A stretch of DNA of 61,209 nt from Ionaspis alba (GCA_964255285.1 CAXUUL010000023.1:1-61209), one strand, 5' to 3'; counted from the stretch's first letter, positions 1 to 12,984 are shown. Notes: a model not told the origin generated them from the sequence alone. Numbers and translations: made by a program.

Positions 1-130
1 GTAGCTCTCCCTCGGCCAACCTTAATCTTCTGCCGACCAAAACAAACAACGATTTGCTCAACCCTGATCCATCGCACGACAGTCTGACGCTTACAGTCAC
101 TGCCATCCAACTCACTTCTTCACAGTCGAA

Positions 131-2830
131 ATGGCGGAGGCGCTGTCACCTCGTGCGGTGAATCGGCAATCCAATCAGCCTCCCGTAAGCAAGACCAATT
201 CTGGGAACAAGGAGAAGAACCATGCTTCTCCTCCACCAAGCATCGTTGCAGAGCCATCCGGAGACCTCAACGTTAAGTATGAGACTGGCAGACTGTTGGG
301 CAAAGGTGGATTTGCTGTTTGCTATGAAGGCACTGTTATTGGCCTCAAATATGGAAAGAATTTGCCCAAGTTTGCCCTCAAAATTGTCAAAGCGAATATG
401 GGAATGAAGAAGATGGAGGAGAAGGTAAATCCTACAGAACTAAAGGCCAAAAGTACTCTAAAACTAATCAGTATGGTAGTTCCGGACAGAATTGCAAATA
501 CACTCGAAGATGCGACACCCAAATATCGTTGAGTTTCACCGAGCGTTCACTTTCGAAGATAACACATATATCGTGCTTGAACTCTGTCCCAATGGATCAT
601 TGAAGGATATGGTACAAAACCGGAGATGCTTGAGTTTACCTGAGGTCCGGCGGTATGGAGTACAACTATGTGGGGCAATCAAATATCTACACGCTCGAGG
701 CGTCATACACCGTGATTTGAAGATGGGGAATATCTTTCTTGACGAGGGAATGAACATGAAGATTGGAGACTTCGGATTAGCGGCTATTTTATTGAAGGAA
801 AGCGATGTGGGAGCTTTCTCCAGGAGGACAACATTGTGCGGCACACCCAATTATATTGCACCAGAAATTCTGGGCAAGGACCGGAAAGGCCATGATTTCA
901 AGGTGGATATATGGGCTGTCGGTGTGATCATGTAAGATTCTTCTCATGAGATATTTCCAATTCCACGATTGACCTCATCAGGTTTGCCCTCCTTACTGGT
1001 TGTCCTCCCTTCCAATCCAAGAGCCAAGAGGACATCTATCGCAAAGTCAAAACTCTCGAATACGCATGGCCAGTCAAAAGTCACAACGACTTTCCAGAAG
1101 AGGCTAAAGATCTCGTTACTTCAATCCTCAAAACGGATGCATTAGAGCGACCATCGCCAGATGCAATCATCGGTCATCCTTTCTTTCATATGCATGGTGG
1201 CAATGGTATTCCAGCATCCCTTGACCAACAGAGCTTCTCAGCAAAGCCAGACTGGCTTGACAGTGATAGGAAGCCCAGAGGAGATGTCATGGTTCGCGAT
1301 GCCGCACGAGTCTCGCTGAAGACGCTGGCCGAGGAGTGCGGTGTTGGTTGCTTTGGGGACGATTCCGTCCGAATCGTTGGCTCAAATATTGGTGAAACGA
1401 TATATCAAGCTTTACTACAGGAAGAAACGGCTCGGAAAGGCCCACCCGTTCCGCTACCGGACACTATGGTATATCGCTCAAGTACATCTTCGATATTCAA
1501 AGAGCCAGCGCCAAAAGGACAGCCGCCGAAACGTGCTAGAGCCCCTCGACCCGTGGCCAGCCGCTCAGCTTCAAGTCGGACCGTCAGCGAGCGGAGTACC
1601 TCCAATCGAATTCCTTCAAGTCAGGGCACTTCGACCCGGAAACCATCGAGCCGAAATGTTTCAAATCGCAGCGAGCCTCCAGCACCCACGGCTGCTTTGC
1701 TTCAACCAATTCTCATCAACCCCACTGAACCATCTACGCTTATCTCGGACACAGATCCGGCCTCGGTAACGCGTCTCCTGCACACCCTCTCCGCCTCTTT
1801 GACCTCCGCCCTCTCCCCTAACACAACCAAAATCCGCGCTCCGAAACACCTTGCTAGCATCTACGACCGGCCCCACGTTCTCAAATGGGTTGACTACACC
1901 AACAAATACGGCATCGGGTACATCCTCGCAAACGGCAGCATCGGCGTGATCTTCAACGGCACTGACACCCGTCCCTCAACCTGCGTCTCTGTCCCATCCG
2001 CCGACACACACGTCCGCAATCGCTACTCCCCTTCTTACTCCGAACGCTTACAGCTTGTCCCAAGAGATGGCCCACCGATCTCCTTCCTCGAAAACCGCGG
2101 CGATGATGGCATCCACTGCGTCCAGGGCAATCCAGCCGACTTCCGAGTCAAGATCTCCAAAACAGGCACGCCTGAAAAATTCGGCCCCGCGCCCGGCTTG
2201 TCATCTTTCGACAACGAGAAGCGCCGCCTCCTGAGTCTGTGGGACAAATTCGCAAGATACATGTACCAAACCCTTGGCGAGAAGACACCTCACCCAAGCT
2301 CGAGTGGGACGGATGCAAATAACCAGCAAAGCCCCTTCAATGCCGAGCCCTTCGTCAAGTTCTACCAGCGGCTGGGCAATGTAGGAGTTTGGGGATTCCG
2401 AAACGGCTGTTTCCAATTCAACTTTCCCGATCACACCAAACTCGTAATCTCGTGCGATGGCTGGGTGGATTTTTACCATAATTCGATAGCTGCTGCGCAG
2501 ATGCTGAAGAAGGGGAGGCCGCTTTCGGCCGAGGCACTGGAGGAGAGGGGCCTCATAAGTCTGCCATTGAGGACGCTCCTTGCGGGAAGGCATGAGCGGG
2601 AGGACTTTAGGAGTCTGATTGAGGTTAACGAGTTTGAGCAGAAGGTTGCGTTTGTGAAGAGCATTGTGGAGACATGGATCGAGAATGGCGGGTTGGGGCG
2701 CATGGGAAAGGCAGCGCAGGTGAAGTGGGAGGGTATTTCGGAGCCGGGACATAAAGAGAGGTTGGTTTGGGCGACTGTGGGGGCGAGGGGTGGGGATTTA
2801 AAGAGGGCGGAGATGGGCAAGAAGACGTGA
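131..2830 (+). CDS. CDC5: Polo-like Ser/Thr protein kinase (Cdc5/Plo1/PlkA family)
   Basis: Exons 131-424, 480-931, 982-2830; GT-AG introns 425-479 and 932-981 join in frame (MEEK|FRTELQIH, VIM|FALLTG). Kinase motifs GKGGFA, HRDLKMGN, DFG, TLCGTPNYIAPE. Polo boxes KWVDYTNKYGIGY and FQFNFPDHTKL. Confidence 0.95.
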
Positions 2831-3183
2831 TGCTTGTTTCTTGAATAAGCGGTATCTTAGGCGCAGGGGAGGGACGTGTGGTAATGCATTTTCAGCAGGG
2901 TGTTTTGGTGTTGGGGCATGATACCATGATTTTGGCATGCATATTGAGGCATTGGTTAGACTCAAAAATAGCGTGTAGTCAATAAGCACCATTCATTTTG
3001 AATTTTGAAAGCAGTACGAGCCTAAGCTGTAGATCTCACATGGGCCGAAAGCCATGCTCAGGGTATCATCCAAGCGCTATAAAGCCAACGCCCCGCTATG
3101 CTATGTGCCAAAAGTAGCCGCCATGAAATACAAAGACTCCCCCACATGAAGCTTTAAATGGCAATAAATGGCAAAGCGTGTTT

Positions 3184-6100
3184 TTACTGCTGTAAAGCTG
3201 CCATCAGGTCAATTGCAATATCATCGATACAATTACCTTCGTTTTGGTATTTGGTCTTTAGTAATTCGCGTAAAGTTGTCTCCCAATTCTTCGTCATCAC
3301 CACCATAGATTCCATATCGTCCTCCTCGACTTCTCTTGTCTTGATGTACTCATCATAATTAGCTAGTATCTTGACGCTGTTCCAAACTTCTTGCTCCGTT
3401 ATCTTGATCGTCGTTGTCAGATCTTGTAACATATGTTCTCGGCGGACACTCTCAAGAGGCATGTTTGAAGTCTTACGTCGTTTTGCCCTTGGTGGCTGCA
3501 TCTTAGACTCATTCTGGTTATCGTTCGTCTCCGTGTTCTGCATACGGATGAGGTGCCCACGGGGATCATCAGGCCCAAAGATGGGTAGCGGGGCTTTAGA
3601 TGGAGATGTCTGTGGGCTGAGCGCCGCAACAGCTTGGCGGTATCGATTCGCATGAGGCGAGTTATGTGATGCGGAGGAAGCTATCGCATGCTTACCGGTT
3701 CTCCTGGAAGCTTCTTCGAGGGTCTGCTGGCGCAGTTTCATGTTCCTGTCTCGCGTTGCCATTTGCTTCCTCGTTTCATAGTCCATTGTGAAGGCAAGGT
3801 CGGGATTTATTGTAGCCTCTGAACGGTCCATTACCTCCTCAGTCATGGATAGTCGGTCCTGCAATGATGAGTTGAACGATCTCACTTCTCGTCTCAGTTG
3901 AGGAGAACTTCTATTTGGACGAAGGTCTTGTGAGTTACTGCCTCTCAGTGGTGATACGGAATACTGAAAATTGGTCGCTGGCGGCGAGAATGGCAGGTTT
4001 ACGAATGACTGCTGAAGCTTCTTTCGCTGTTGTGAGTTACGTGGCTTCTGTGATATATCTGGAATTGCATCCAATGGCGTTCCCATCTGCAGAGATCTGG
4101 CAGGAACAGAGTCGATGGACGGTCTTTGGACTCTCTGCGGAGCCTGAGAAGGTGCAAGGTCTTGGTCCACACCGAGATCTGGATACAGCGCCTTTGTGGG
4201 CAAAGGTATGCGGTGCCTCATTTCAATCTGGGTTGACGAGAACAAGGGCATTACAGGCGACGAAGAAAGCACATTTGGTCGAGTTCTTGTGGGCGAGGAA
4301 GGTGCAGGTGTCGCCAAAGCGTTGGCCGGTCGACTAATTGCGGTGGAGTCTATCGGACGTGGTAGGTCAATAGTCGATCGCAATTCTCTAGAACTCGTGG
4401 GACTCGGTAGTTGTATATCAGATTGAGGATTGTCCATTGCGTGTGGCTCTGCCTGAGATCTTTTCGGTCCGACCGACGCATTTATTCTAGCGATGGTCCA
4501 GGGATTCGAGAGATTCGCATGTCTTAGTGCATCGCCTTCATCTTCCATGGCTATCGGGTCGTCCAATTGTGTGCCGCATCCCTGGACATCCAAATCATCG
4601 AATACAGTATACATGTTCCTTGCCCAGCCCTTTCCTCCTTGACCCTTGTTGTGGACGGCAGTATCATTAGGTTGAGCGAAAAAGATTTCTCCACGACCAG
4701 AAGTTGCACAATCTCCATCGTCGAGCATGTTGTCGACATTCTCAGGGCCAGATATAGGCTCAATCGTAGCTCGGCGAGTCCCTCTGTTGGCTAACACACC
4801 ATTCAGGTCTGCCGCAAGCGGCTGCTCACTTGCGCTTTGATCGGTTCTGGGACTGGAACTCAGGGGAGACGGAATAGACTTCGAAGGAAGGTGACGTTCG
4901 ACTTCTGGGTTTCGATAGCCATGTTGGGTTTGAGCACATTGTGGATTGGTGAGGTTGTCGGCGACCGGACGCAGCTCTCCATATACCGATTCAAAAAACA
5001 ACTTCAAAGCTTCTAAGAACCTATCCACATCGGCAAATAATACATCGTCCTTAGCAGGCTCAATATTTGCGTCATAGCTTGCTGGTGGACAAACCACATT
5101 CATAGCCAGGAAAGGATTGACGACCTCAACGCTTGCGTTTGCAGAGCATGCAGATCGAAGGTACTTCTTGTACATCATCACGACCTGCTTTAGTGTACCT
5201 CGAGCAGAGGAGACTGGTCTAGAATCGATAGATATATATTGTCCGGCACTATTAAGTGAATAAAGGTCTTAGAAGACGTTAGCATCGCACGGTTCTGGCT
5301 ACAAAGGAGCGTAAGAATGATTACCAGAGTCTGCTCGTGGTAGGAATGCGTCCACGACATATCCGGTGTTCTGCTTCGTGGGAATCGGCAAGTCTGATTC
5401 ATCTGCACTTGACCCAGGTTTCGGTATGGAAGTCCACGACTTCCACTGGCACTGGGATACCGTAAACTGACCAATGATCTTCGTCGCTGCATCGACGACT
5501 TTTCCGCCACCACTTGGCGCATACGTCCAATTCGCCTTGTCGTTCCTTGCCTTCAGTACTTTGAAGGAGATCCTCACAGAAGGCCGAGCTAACGCATAGG
5601 CATGGAGAACAGCCTTGATCTTGGTCGTAACCTTTGAGCTTGTCTTCAGAGCTGTTTGTTTCCGTACAGGCAAATGCTTGAGGAAATCGATGACTCGAAC
5701 CGTAGTTCCAACGGGATGAGACACATTCTGTTGGCTGCATTGGTCAGTCCGTATATGGGTATAACCTGCGGGTGGGGCCACAGTACCTGATGAGGCCACC
5801 TTGTCTGTTGAAGTTGAGACTAGTCGCCACTGGCTCACCATCCACTCTAGTCGTAACCACCATGCCGCCACTCATCTCCGCAGCACTTGCCAATGCCTCC
5901 CCTCTAAATCCCAAGGACGATCCACCAACGTTAGAGAGATCGTCCAAGTCTCTAATCTTGCTTGTACAGTATCGCTTGCACACCATGTCTCGGTCATCCG
6001 GCGCAATGCCATGGCCGTTATCCTTGACCTGAATTACATCTAATGTATTGACAGATATTTCGATAAAAATGGAAGTAGCATGAGCATCAAGAGCATTATC

Positions 6101-6193
6101 CACGAGTTCTTTCACCACTGAAGCAGAATCTGTAAGCACTTGAGTTGAGCCTATAGCACGGACTGTATTTGCTGGTAATGCTGCAATTGGCAT
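3184..6193 (-). CDS. MutL-family mismatch repair protein (GHKL ATPase plus transducer domain; MLH2-like or human PMS1-like, no MutL_C endonuclease motif seen)
   Basis: ATG at 6193 (MPIAALP). Motifs VKELVDNALDA, DNGHGI, TSK, GFRGEAL, GTTVRV, PASYDANIEPAKDDV. Introns 5735-5786 and 5268-5324 restore the frame (DLYSLNSAGQYISIDSRPV). Long low-complexity C-terminus. Confidence 0.9.
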
Positions 6194-6491
6194 GCCGCAG
6201 GCAGAAATGGAAGCGAGCAATATTAATGAGTGGATACTAGGAAATACCTGATACGAATGACAGTCTCACATGATGGTAAAATAAGGTCTCTAATGATGAC
6301 GGTGAATGGCTAGAAATGAAAGTCTCCATATATCCCTCTAGTGCGAAGAAGCTGTCGTCAAAAAGAAGGCATTGACCTTTGAAGAAGCCCTACCAGCCGC
6401 ACTAAGTCCATTTAAGCCAACGCGTAGACACGCGTCTTGCGCTTCCACCTCCCACACATTGCACCTCCAACTCTCTTTCATTCTTAGCGCT

Positions 6492-7943
6492 ATGGACGGC
6501 TTTACGCTGTCAAGACTCGCGCCGATTGGAGTATCAATTCTAGTTGCTCTGCTAGCATACGGCTCCCAAGTCTTCTTCTTCTTCGTGGAAGGCCCACCGT
6601 TGGAGCAACGGCAGCTTGTACTCTTCAATATTCTTGTGACTTGCATCTGGATATGCTATGCTCGTGCCTGCTTCACGGATCCTGGCCGTGTGCCCAAGGA
6701 CTGGACTCCTTTTACTTCAGATCGTCCATCTACCTCAGAAGAGGACGAGATTTCTGGAAGGCGTCGTTGGTGCAAAAGATGTGAAGCATTCAAGCCTCCT
6801 CGAGCTCATCATTGTAAAACGTGTCAGAGGTACACAATGCCATCATATGTCCTTCCTGTTGATAAACTCTGATATACATTGCTAGATGTATCCCTAAGAT
6901 GGATCATCATTGCCCATGGACTATCAATTGTGTATCACATCGCACCTTCCCTCATTTTCTTCGTTTCCTCTTCTATTGCGTAGCATCTATGAGCTATCTG
7001 CAGTACTTTCTATATCTTCGAGGTGCTGCGATCTGGATTGATCGTGATCTTCCCAGTGTGAGTACTATTCGAAGAATTTGATCTAGTATAATTTCTGAAC
7101 CCAGCTCGATAGTATCTTGGTCCATCCGCTGCTGATCTGATCATCTTGTTCGTGCTCTTCCTTCTGAACTCCATAACCCTGTTTGCCTTGTGTATCATGT
7201 TTCTGCGTACTATCTGGTCTCTAATCACCAACGTAACGACGATTGAGAGCTGGGAAATAGAGAGGCATGAAACATTACTACGGCGTGCCAAGACCTTCGG
7301 TGGTTATCTAGATGGTCCCGATGGCACCAGGATACGCATCAGGAAGCAAGAATTTCCATATGACGTTGGCCTCTGGAAGAATATTGTGCAGGGGATGTCG
7401 GGTGGTCCTCTCACCCGGCTTTGGCCCCTGGCAAGTACTCCGTCACTATCCAGTGGACTGTATTTCGAAGTGAACGGATTTGAAGGTGAGCTCTTTATAT
7501 TGGAGGTCTATTATGAGCAGTCGGTAATGTCACATGCAGATGCCGACGCGGTATGGCCGCCACCAGATCCCGATCGTATGCCGAGAAGGATCAGGACGCT
7601 AGATCCTTCCGATGCTTTCACGCATGAAGAGACCTCCAACTCAAATGAAGACGTGGTACAAGCTTTTCGGAAACGGCAAGAAGAAGACCTCAAGCGACGT
7701 CACACAGGCACCACTTTGAACTACAGACGACGACCTTTCCACGAGCGCTACGATACACATCAACACGACGCAACAGAATCGAATGGGAAAGGTAGCCCTG
7801 GCGAGGAAGCATGGAAGAACTCTGAAGGAGACAGGCTGGATGACTTTGGCGTAGACGAGGATGTTGAGTTCTACGACGAGGACAATATTCCTCTTGCCCA
7901 GCTACTTCGACAAAGACGTGACGGAGACATGAAAACTAGGTGA
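6492..7943 (+). CDS. PFA4: DHHC palmitoyltransferase, Pfa4-like
   Basis: TDPG, WCKRCEAFKPPRAHHCKTC, MDHHCPW, TTIESWE, FPYDVG, WPPPDPDR and GVDED motifs across about three introns; transmembrane segments. Confidence 0.92.
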
Positions 7944-9205
7944 TATCCACCATTACTGGCGTATCTTGATTCCCTAAGGACGCTGCAATACTGTTACCGA
8001 TTGAGTGAGGCATTTAATCGCACATGGCTGTCCCTTGGCACAATCCGGGACAATGTTTTCCAACTGCAAAGGATACGATCGTTATGGTTTTAGACCGGGA
8101 GTGCTTCACATGCAAGTATGAAGTATGGATCTTGCAAAGCCAAGCGACGTGTTCCATCATTAGGTTCGTCACTAGCACCAGCACTCTGTGCTACTCCATG
8201 ATGAAGAATCTTTGCTGGCGCTTTGACTCCAGAGGTGAGCAACGAGTATTGGTCTAGCTCTAGCGACCACCGGTCTATCTGCACCACCGCATTTCTGTGG
8301 TGTACTTTTACCATCGAAGCAGAATCAAACAGCTCACGACTGCAGCTCGCAACGTTCTGGGCAGTGTTTACCGAGGAAAAGAAAGCAACCAAGCTATCGT
8401 CGATCTTCAGCCGCTGCTGGTCCAACGAATGAGGTAAACAGGAACCATCTGGCCTGGACTCTACTGGCTTGCGCACGAGTTCGTGTAACTCAACATTGCC
8501 CTTCCAAAGGCGATAGTGTGGGGGCTTTCCGCGTGGGTGCTAAAGCAGGGACGACGGGTAGAGTCCTTCCCACGGAGGTTGCATTTGGTACATCTTCGGC
8601 ATTTCTTCTCAATCGAGGGATCTCCATCCACTGGAGCGACTCAACACAGGAAGAAAGGGTGGGAGGAAGGTGCCGTCGCTTCTGGGATTGAGCGGGAGGC
8701 TTTCGGATTGCTCGGACAACGATACGATGATGACTCGCATTACTATCCGCACCACGCCGTCGATCAGAGGCTGGATGAGGGGACGTTAACCAGATGGAAT
8801 GGATGACCCCTCTCACGCGACATCAATGATACGACACGATGTCATCTAAATTGCGCTTTGGCCCCTTGACCTGAATCCACGATGAGGGCTCTATCCTATG
8901 GTCCCGTTGATGATTGACGCTTCCAATATTTCGACCCTGCAATCAACTTCCTGTTCCGCTGCAACGCATGGGTCGGTTGTTCCCTCGGAGAATATCGCAT
9001 TCAGGTGGTGGCCAACCCCGCCCACTTCCCACGACTCCCCCACGCTAATAGCCGTGGCTGAGGAACCCACAGTTGGAACTCAACCCCCATCTTTTCAATC
9101 TCCCAACCACTGGATATAAAGGATCGCTTGACGTGCACTCGTCCGATCCTAGTGGCGAGAGGCTGTGGGACGCATCCTCGGCACTGTGGAAGAGCTGGCT
9201 CGGTA

Positions 9206-9238
9206 CCTCCAATGGCTCCTCATTCGCGAGCCCACCAA
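9206..9238 (+). promoter_or_regulatory. Two CCNCCAA (GARE-like) motifs upstream of the aldolase, with several CreA-type SYGGRG sites nearby
   Basis: CCTCCAAT at 9206-9213 and CCACCAA at 9232-9238; CCCCGC, CCCCAC and CCCCAG occur between about 9016 and 9520. These short motifs could be chance. Confidence 0.2.
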
Positions 9239-9707
9239 ATCCACTTTTTGCCTCCTTACCGTTCCGAGGGCCAGTTTCCTGGTGGAGCTGACAACTCCTC
9301 CCTGCATCCATGACAGCGGCCTTGTTCCTGGTCATCGCCCCAGTCACGAGAGCACTAGCTTAGGGTTCCACAACCTGAATGTGACGGATTACCCAGTGGG
9401 TAATCACCGTGAGCAACGATACTTTGTCCTTATGCCCAATCGTCTTAAAGTCTGACCTAATTTCTCTGTTGGCTTTGAACTTGGCCATGCTCATCGTGCT
9501 GTCCAGATGTTTTACCCCCACATGCTTTACGTTGCTCGGACCTCTATAGTCTTGAAAAGTTCTATAATATATTCCGGTCGTGCCCCTTCATCTGTTTCTA
9601 CATTCATGTGCAGCTTGTGCCTTTGTCACCAATCGTTTTCCTACTGCTCGCTTATTAGTCTTTGATCTGTCGACGTTCGACTCGATCAACTATCACTCCC
9701 ACTAGAC

Positions 9708-10829
9708 ATGGCACACCAAGATGTTTCTCCTCCACCAGCACATCACTATGATACTCGACCTACCGACCTACCTCTACGTTCCCACTCGGGCTTGAGATCC
9801 GAGCTGGTCAATTCCGTATATTCCTACTCCGCCTACAGTGATTCCCTACACAGCACACCGGCATCCAGTGTAGACGACGTCCGAAGTCACAGACCACTAC
9901 GCCCCGGTGTTTACGTCCCAACTGTCTGTCTTTTCGACGAGGCCACTGAGGATCTTGATATCGATGCAATCGCCAAACATGCGGTGCGACTTGCCAAGGC
10001 TGGTGTTGCAGGCATTACCACACAAGGCTCCAACGGCGAGGCTGTCCACTTAACGCACAAGGAAAGAAAAGTCGTTACTAGCGTCACTCGTCGGGCACTA
10101 AACGAGGCTCGCTTTCATTCCATGCCTATCATCGTAGGTTGCGGCTCTCAATCGACACGTGAGACCATCGAGCTTTGCCAAGACGCCTTCCATTCTGGGG
10201 GCGATTATGCTTTGGTACTTCCGCCGTCGTATTATAAGCCAATGATTCCTCAGGATTCGTTGATCCAGTTCTTTGAATACGTTGCAACAGCTTCACCCGT
10301 TCCAATTCTGATCTACAATTACCCAGGAGCGGTCTCGGGCATTGATCTGGACTCGGACGCTATCATCAAACTTGCGAAACATCCCAACATCGTGGGCTGC
10401 AAGTTGACCTGCGGCAACACCGGAAAATTGAATCGGATAGCAGCAGCTACGAATGCAGCTACCCCTTCTGACCCTGGCTCAGGCTTCATGTGTATGGGCG
10501 GATCCGCAGATTTCACCCTCCAGATGCTCGTAGGCGGCGGCTCCGGCGTGATTTGTGGACTGGGAAACGTGGTCCCCAAGGCCTGCGTCAAGGTTTTCGA
10601 ACACTACCAATCTGGCGACATGGCCAAAGCCAAGAGCTTGCAGGAAGTGGTGGCGAGAGGTGACTGGGCTGCTATCTCCGGCGGCATTGTTGGAACGAAA
10701 AGCGGAATGCAGACTTACTTCGGCTACGGAGGTTTCGGGAGAAAACCGCTACCAAGACCGACAGAGGAGGATGTGAAGAAGTATGCGGAGGCGTTCAAGG
10801 AGATCGTGGAGGTGGAAAAGGCGTTATGA
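9708..10829 (+). CDS. DHDPS/NAL-family aldolase (paralogue of GaaC/LGA1 L-threo-3-deoxy-hexylosonate aldolase, or HOGA-like)
   Basis: Intronless 373-aa ORF with PGVYVPT, QGSNGEAVHL, LPPSYY, IYNYP and Schiff-base Lys in VGCKLTCGNTGKL. Confidence 0.9.
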   Translation: MAHQDVSPPPAHHYDTRPTDLPLRSHSGLRSELVNSVYSYSAYSDSLHSTPASSVDDVRSHRPLRPGVYVPTVCLFDEATEDLDIDAIAKHAVRLAKAGVAGITTQGSNGEAVHLTHKERKVVTSVTRRALNEARFHSMPIIVGCGSQSTRETIELCQDAFHSGGDYALVLPPSYYKPMIPQDSLIQFFEYVATASPVPILIYNYPGAVSGIDLDSDAIIKLAKHPNIVGCKLTCGNTGKLNRIAAATNAATPSDPGSGFMCMGGSADFTLQMLVGGGSGVICGLGNVVPKACVKVFEHYQSGDMAKAKSLQEVVARGDWAAISGGIVGTKSGMQTYFGYGGFGRKPLPRPTEEDVKKYAEAFKEIVEVEKAL

Positions 10830-11565
10830 TGATTGTGTTTTGGGAGGTCTTTTGCTTCTTTATCTATTTTATCGCGAATGTCATTCGAGAGCGAGCATCT
10901 TCGTCTCCCCTCAGTCTACTACTAGCAAGCATATCGTTCTTCTGTCTTACTTGCAAGGTACTGGGACATGCATTTCCCCAGAAAAGCTTCTGTGACTAGC
11001 ATCCAAGAGCCGGCAGTGGAAAGGTTAATATTAATGCAATCTTGTCACTGAGACATGTTCCTGTTATTCATGGTGCCTTGCTTTGCTGCGAAGTCGCTCG
11101 CCTATCTTCTGAAGGCTTGCTTATCAGAGGGAGGCGCTGCTTGGAAATTGCGGTGTCGTCACCGAGATCCCTGGCGCTCCTGCTATTCCTTGTCGAGCGC
11201 TCCGGCGATGTCACGTCGCCCGTTCCTTGATCAATAATAATGGGGAGAATAGTACCCATTTGCCTTGTTTGATCGGCCTGTCAACAAGACCTGGGCACGG
11301 ACTGCTTCTGCTTTAATCCCTGAGTTTACACCATAGTGGATTATGAGGCGCCGGTTTTCTCCGAGACCGAACGCCGTTCCGGACCGATTCTCTGGGTGAG
11401 CTCAACCGTTCAAGTCTCGACCAGAACCAATATCATTATCGCACCCGTTCTCTTTTCCTTGTCGAATGATTCTACTATCATCTCTTGTTCTCCTGTCCCA
11501 CTTCTCATAAAGATACTCATGCCTTGTCTTCGTCTCTATCTAATTTCCGTCGGGAGAGGTCCTAT

Positions 11566-12800
11566 TCAAGAGAAACGACTAGCGATCTCCTCCAGTGGTT
11601 GAACGACATGACCGTAAATATCTTGAAGGAGTTTATTGTCCGACAAAATTGTGATTCTTGGACCGAATGCGCAGTTGATACACCGGCGGATCACCTCAGC
11701 GAGTTCCAAGCCAGCGTCATCTGTGACCGCTCTCTGCCAGGTGTGCGCAGTGCTGAAATCTGTGTAGAGAGTGGGCTTGCTGTCCGGGCCTAGGTACTTC
11801 TTGCGGAAAGGCTGGTCTTCAAGGGTTTCTCCAGACCACAGCTCGTGAAGGATGACTCCCCGTGAAAAGAGCTCAGCTTTGCAGTCGTCGCGTGGTACGG
11901 TCGATGTGCGCAGGGAGCTGTTCTTGGATAAGTATGTGTGAGTGATGATCGGTCGTTGTAAGGCTTTAGTACTATCTCGCAGGAAGAGGATGTCCTTCTT
12001 GCCCTAGTCTCCGCGTAGCCGTGGCGTGTCATGGAGCTTGCCGCTGTGTTTCTGTGGCCTTGACCGCTGACAAAGTACGAGAAGAGATTCCGACGTGACC
12101 GACTCACCAGTCTCCAAAGCGCGCTCCGACTTCTCTGAACGATACTATTCGTGGCGACGGTCGTCGTCCCTAATAAGATATCCGAGAGGACTGTCGATGG
12201 CAGCTGCTTTTTCTATAATGAGGCAGAGATTGCTAATCTCCTGAAGGACAAAACTTTCTGTCATTGATTCTCGTTTCCGTGGCTGTTGTCGCTGTTGGTT
12301 GGCAGCCACGAAGCCAACTCTTTTCTTTGGCTTGGTCGACGAGATTCCCGAGATGGTACGGCTCTGTGGAAGATTCTTCAAAGGTGATTTATCACTCCCT
12401 TCCAGTATCTTGACTTGCGTATGCGGAAGGTCTAAGGCGATAGGTTTGCTGGATCTACATTGGGATGGAAAGAGAATGTGACGTTGAAAAAGTACTGGTA
12501 GAAGGCTCGCACGCCTCCTTCTTGATCACAGTCCGTGGTTCCAAAAGCAACTTTGTGTCGTGGAATTCTCTACAGTCACACCTCCATCCCTTGGTGAACG
12601 CTACGTATACAGTGCTTGCGTACTCTCGAATGAGCTGGGTAGTGGCTGCAAAGCTCGAACTTGGACGTCGTTTCCTGAAGACAGAAGTCTTTCACGGGAT
12701 CCTAACAATTTTTGGAGGACCTCGTTATGCTTTTCTAACTGGCGAACCAGCTTCTCTCGCTTTCTCGAGAGTGCAAACTTGATACATTTCATCTCGTAGT
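11566..12800 (-). pseudogene. Pseudogene of a fungal helical plus pseudokinase-like protein (DUF7580-like, name recalled)
   Basis: My minus-strand translation gives KFALSRKREKLVRQLEKHNEVL, a frameshift, IREYASTVYVAFTKGWRCDCREFHDTKLLL, then LHDTPRLRGD*GKKDILF (TAG at 12004-12006), LFSRGVILHELW and EVIRRCINCAFG..QDIYGHVVQPLEE, with the stop at 11566-11568. The 5' end is missing. Confidence 0.7.
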
Positions 12801-12984
12801 TTCATATTTCTCCTATATGGTAAAATCCGAAAGGAGTGAAATCGCGCCATCGATATGCGGCCTCTTTGAGATTCACCTACTCTGTACGTGGACGCTTTGC
12901 CGAAGCTGAGAGCACAGTAGGTGTATCATATCGCAGTTGCAGCACCAGCTTCATTCGATTCAAGGCGAGCATTTAGGTACTTGG

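Noticed and set aside
8024..9455. Several 70-128-aa ORFs between PFA4 and the aldolase
   Set aside because: No motifs or consistent splice structure.
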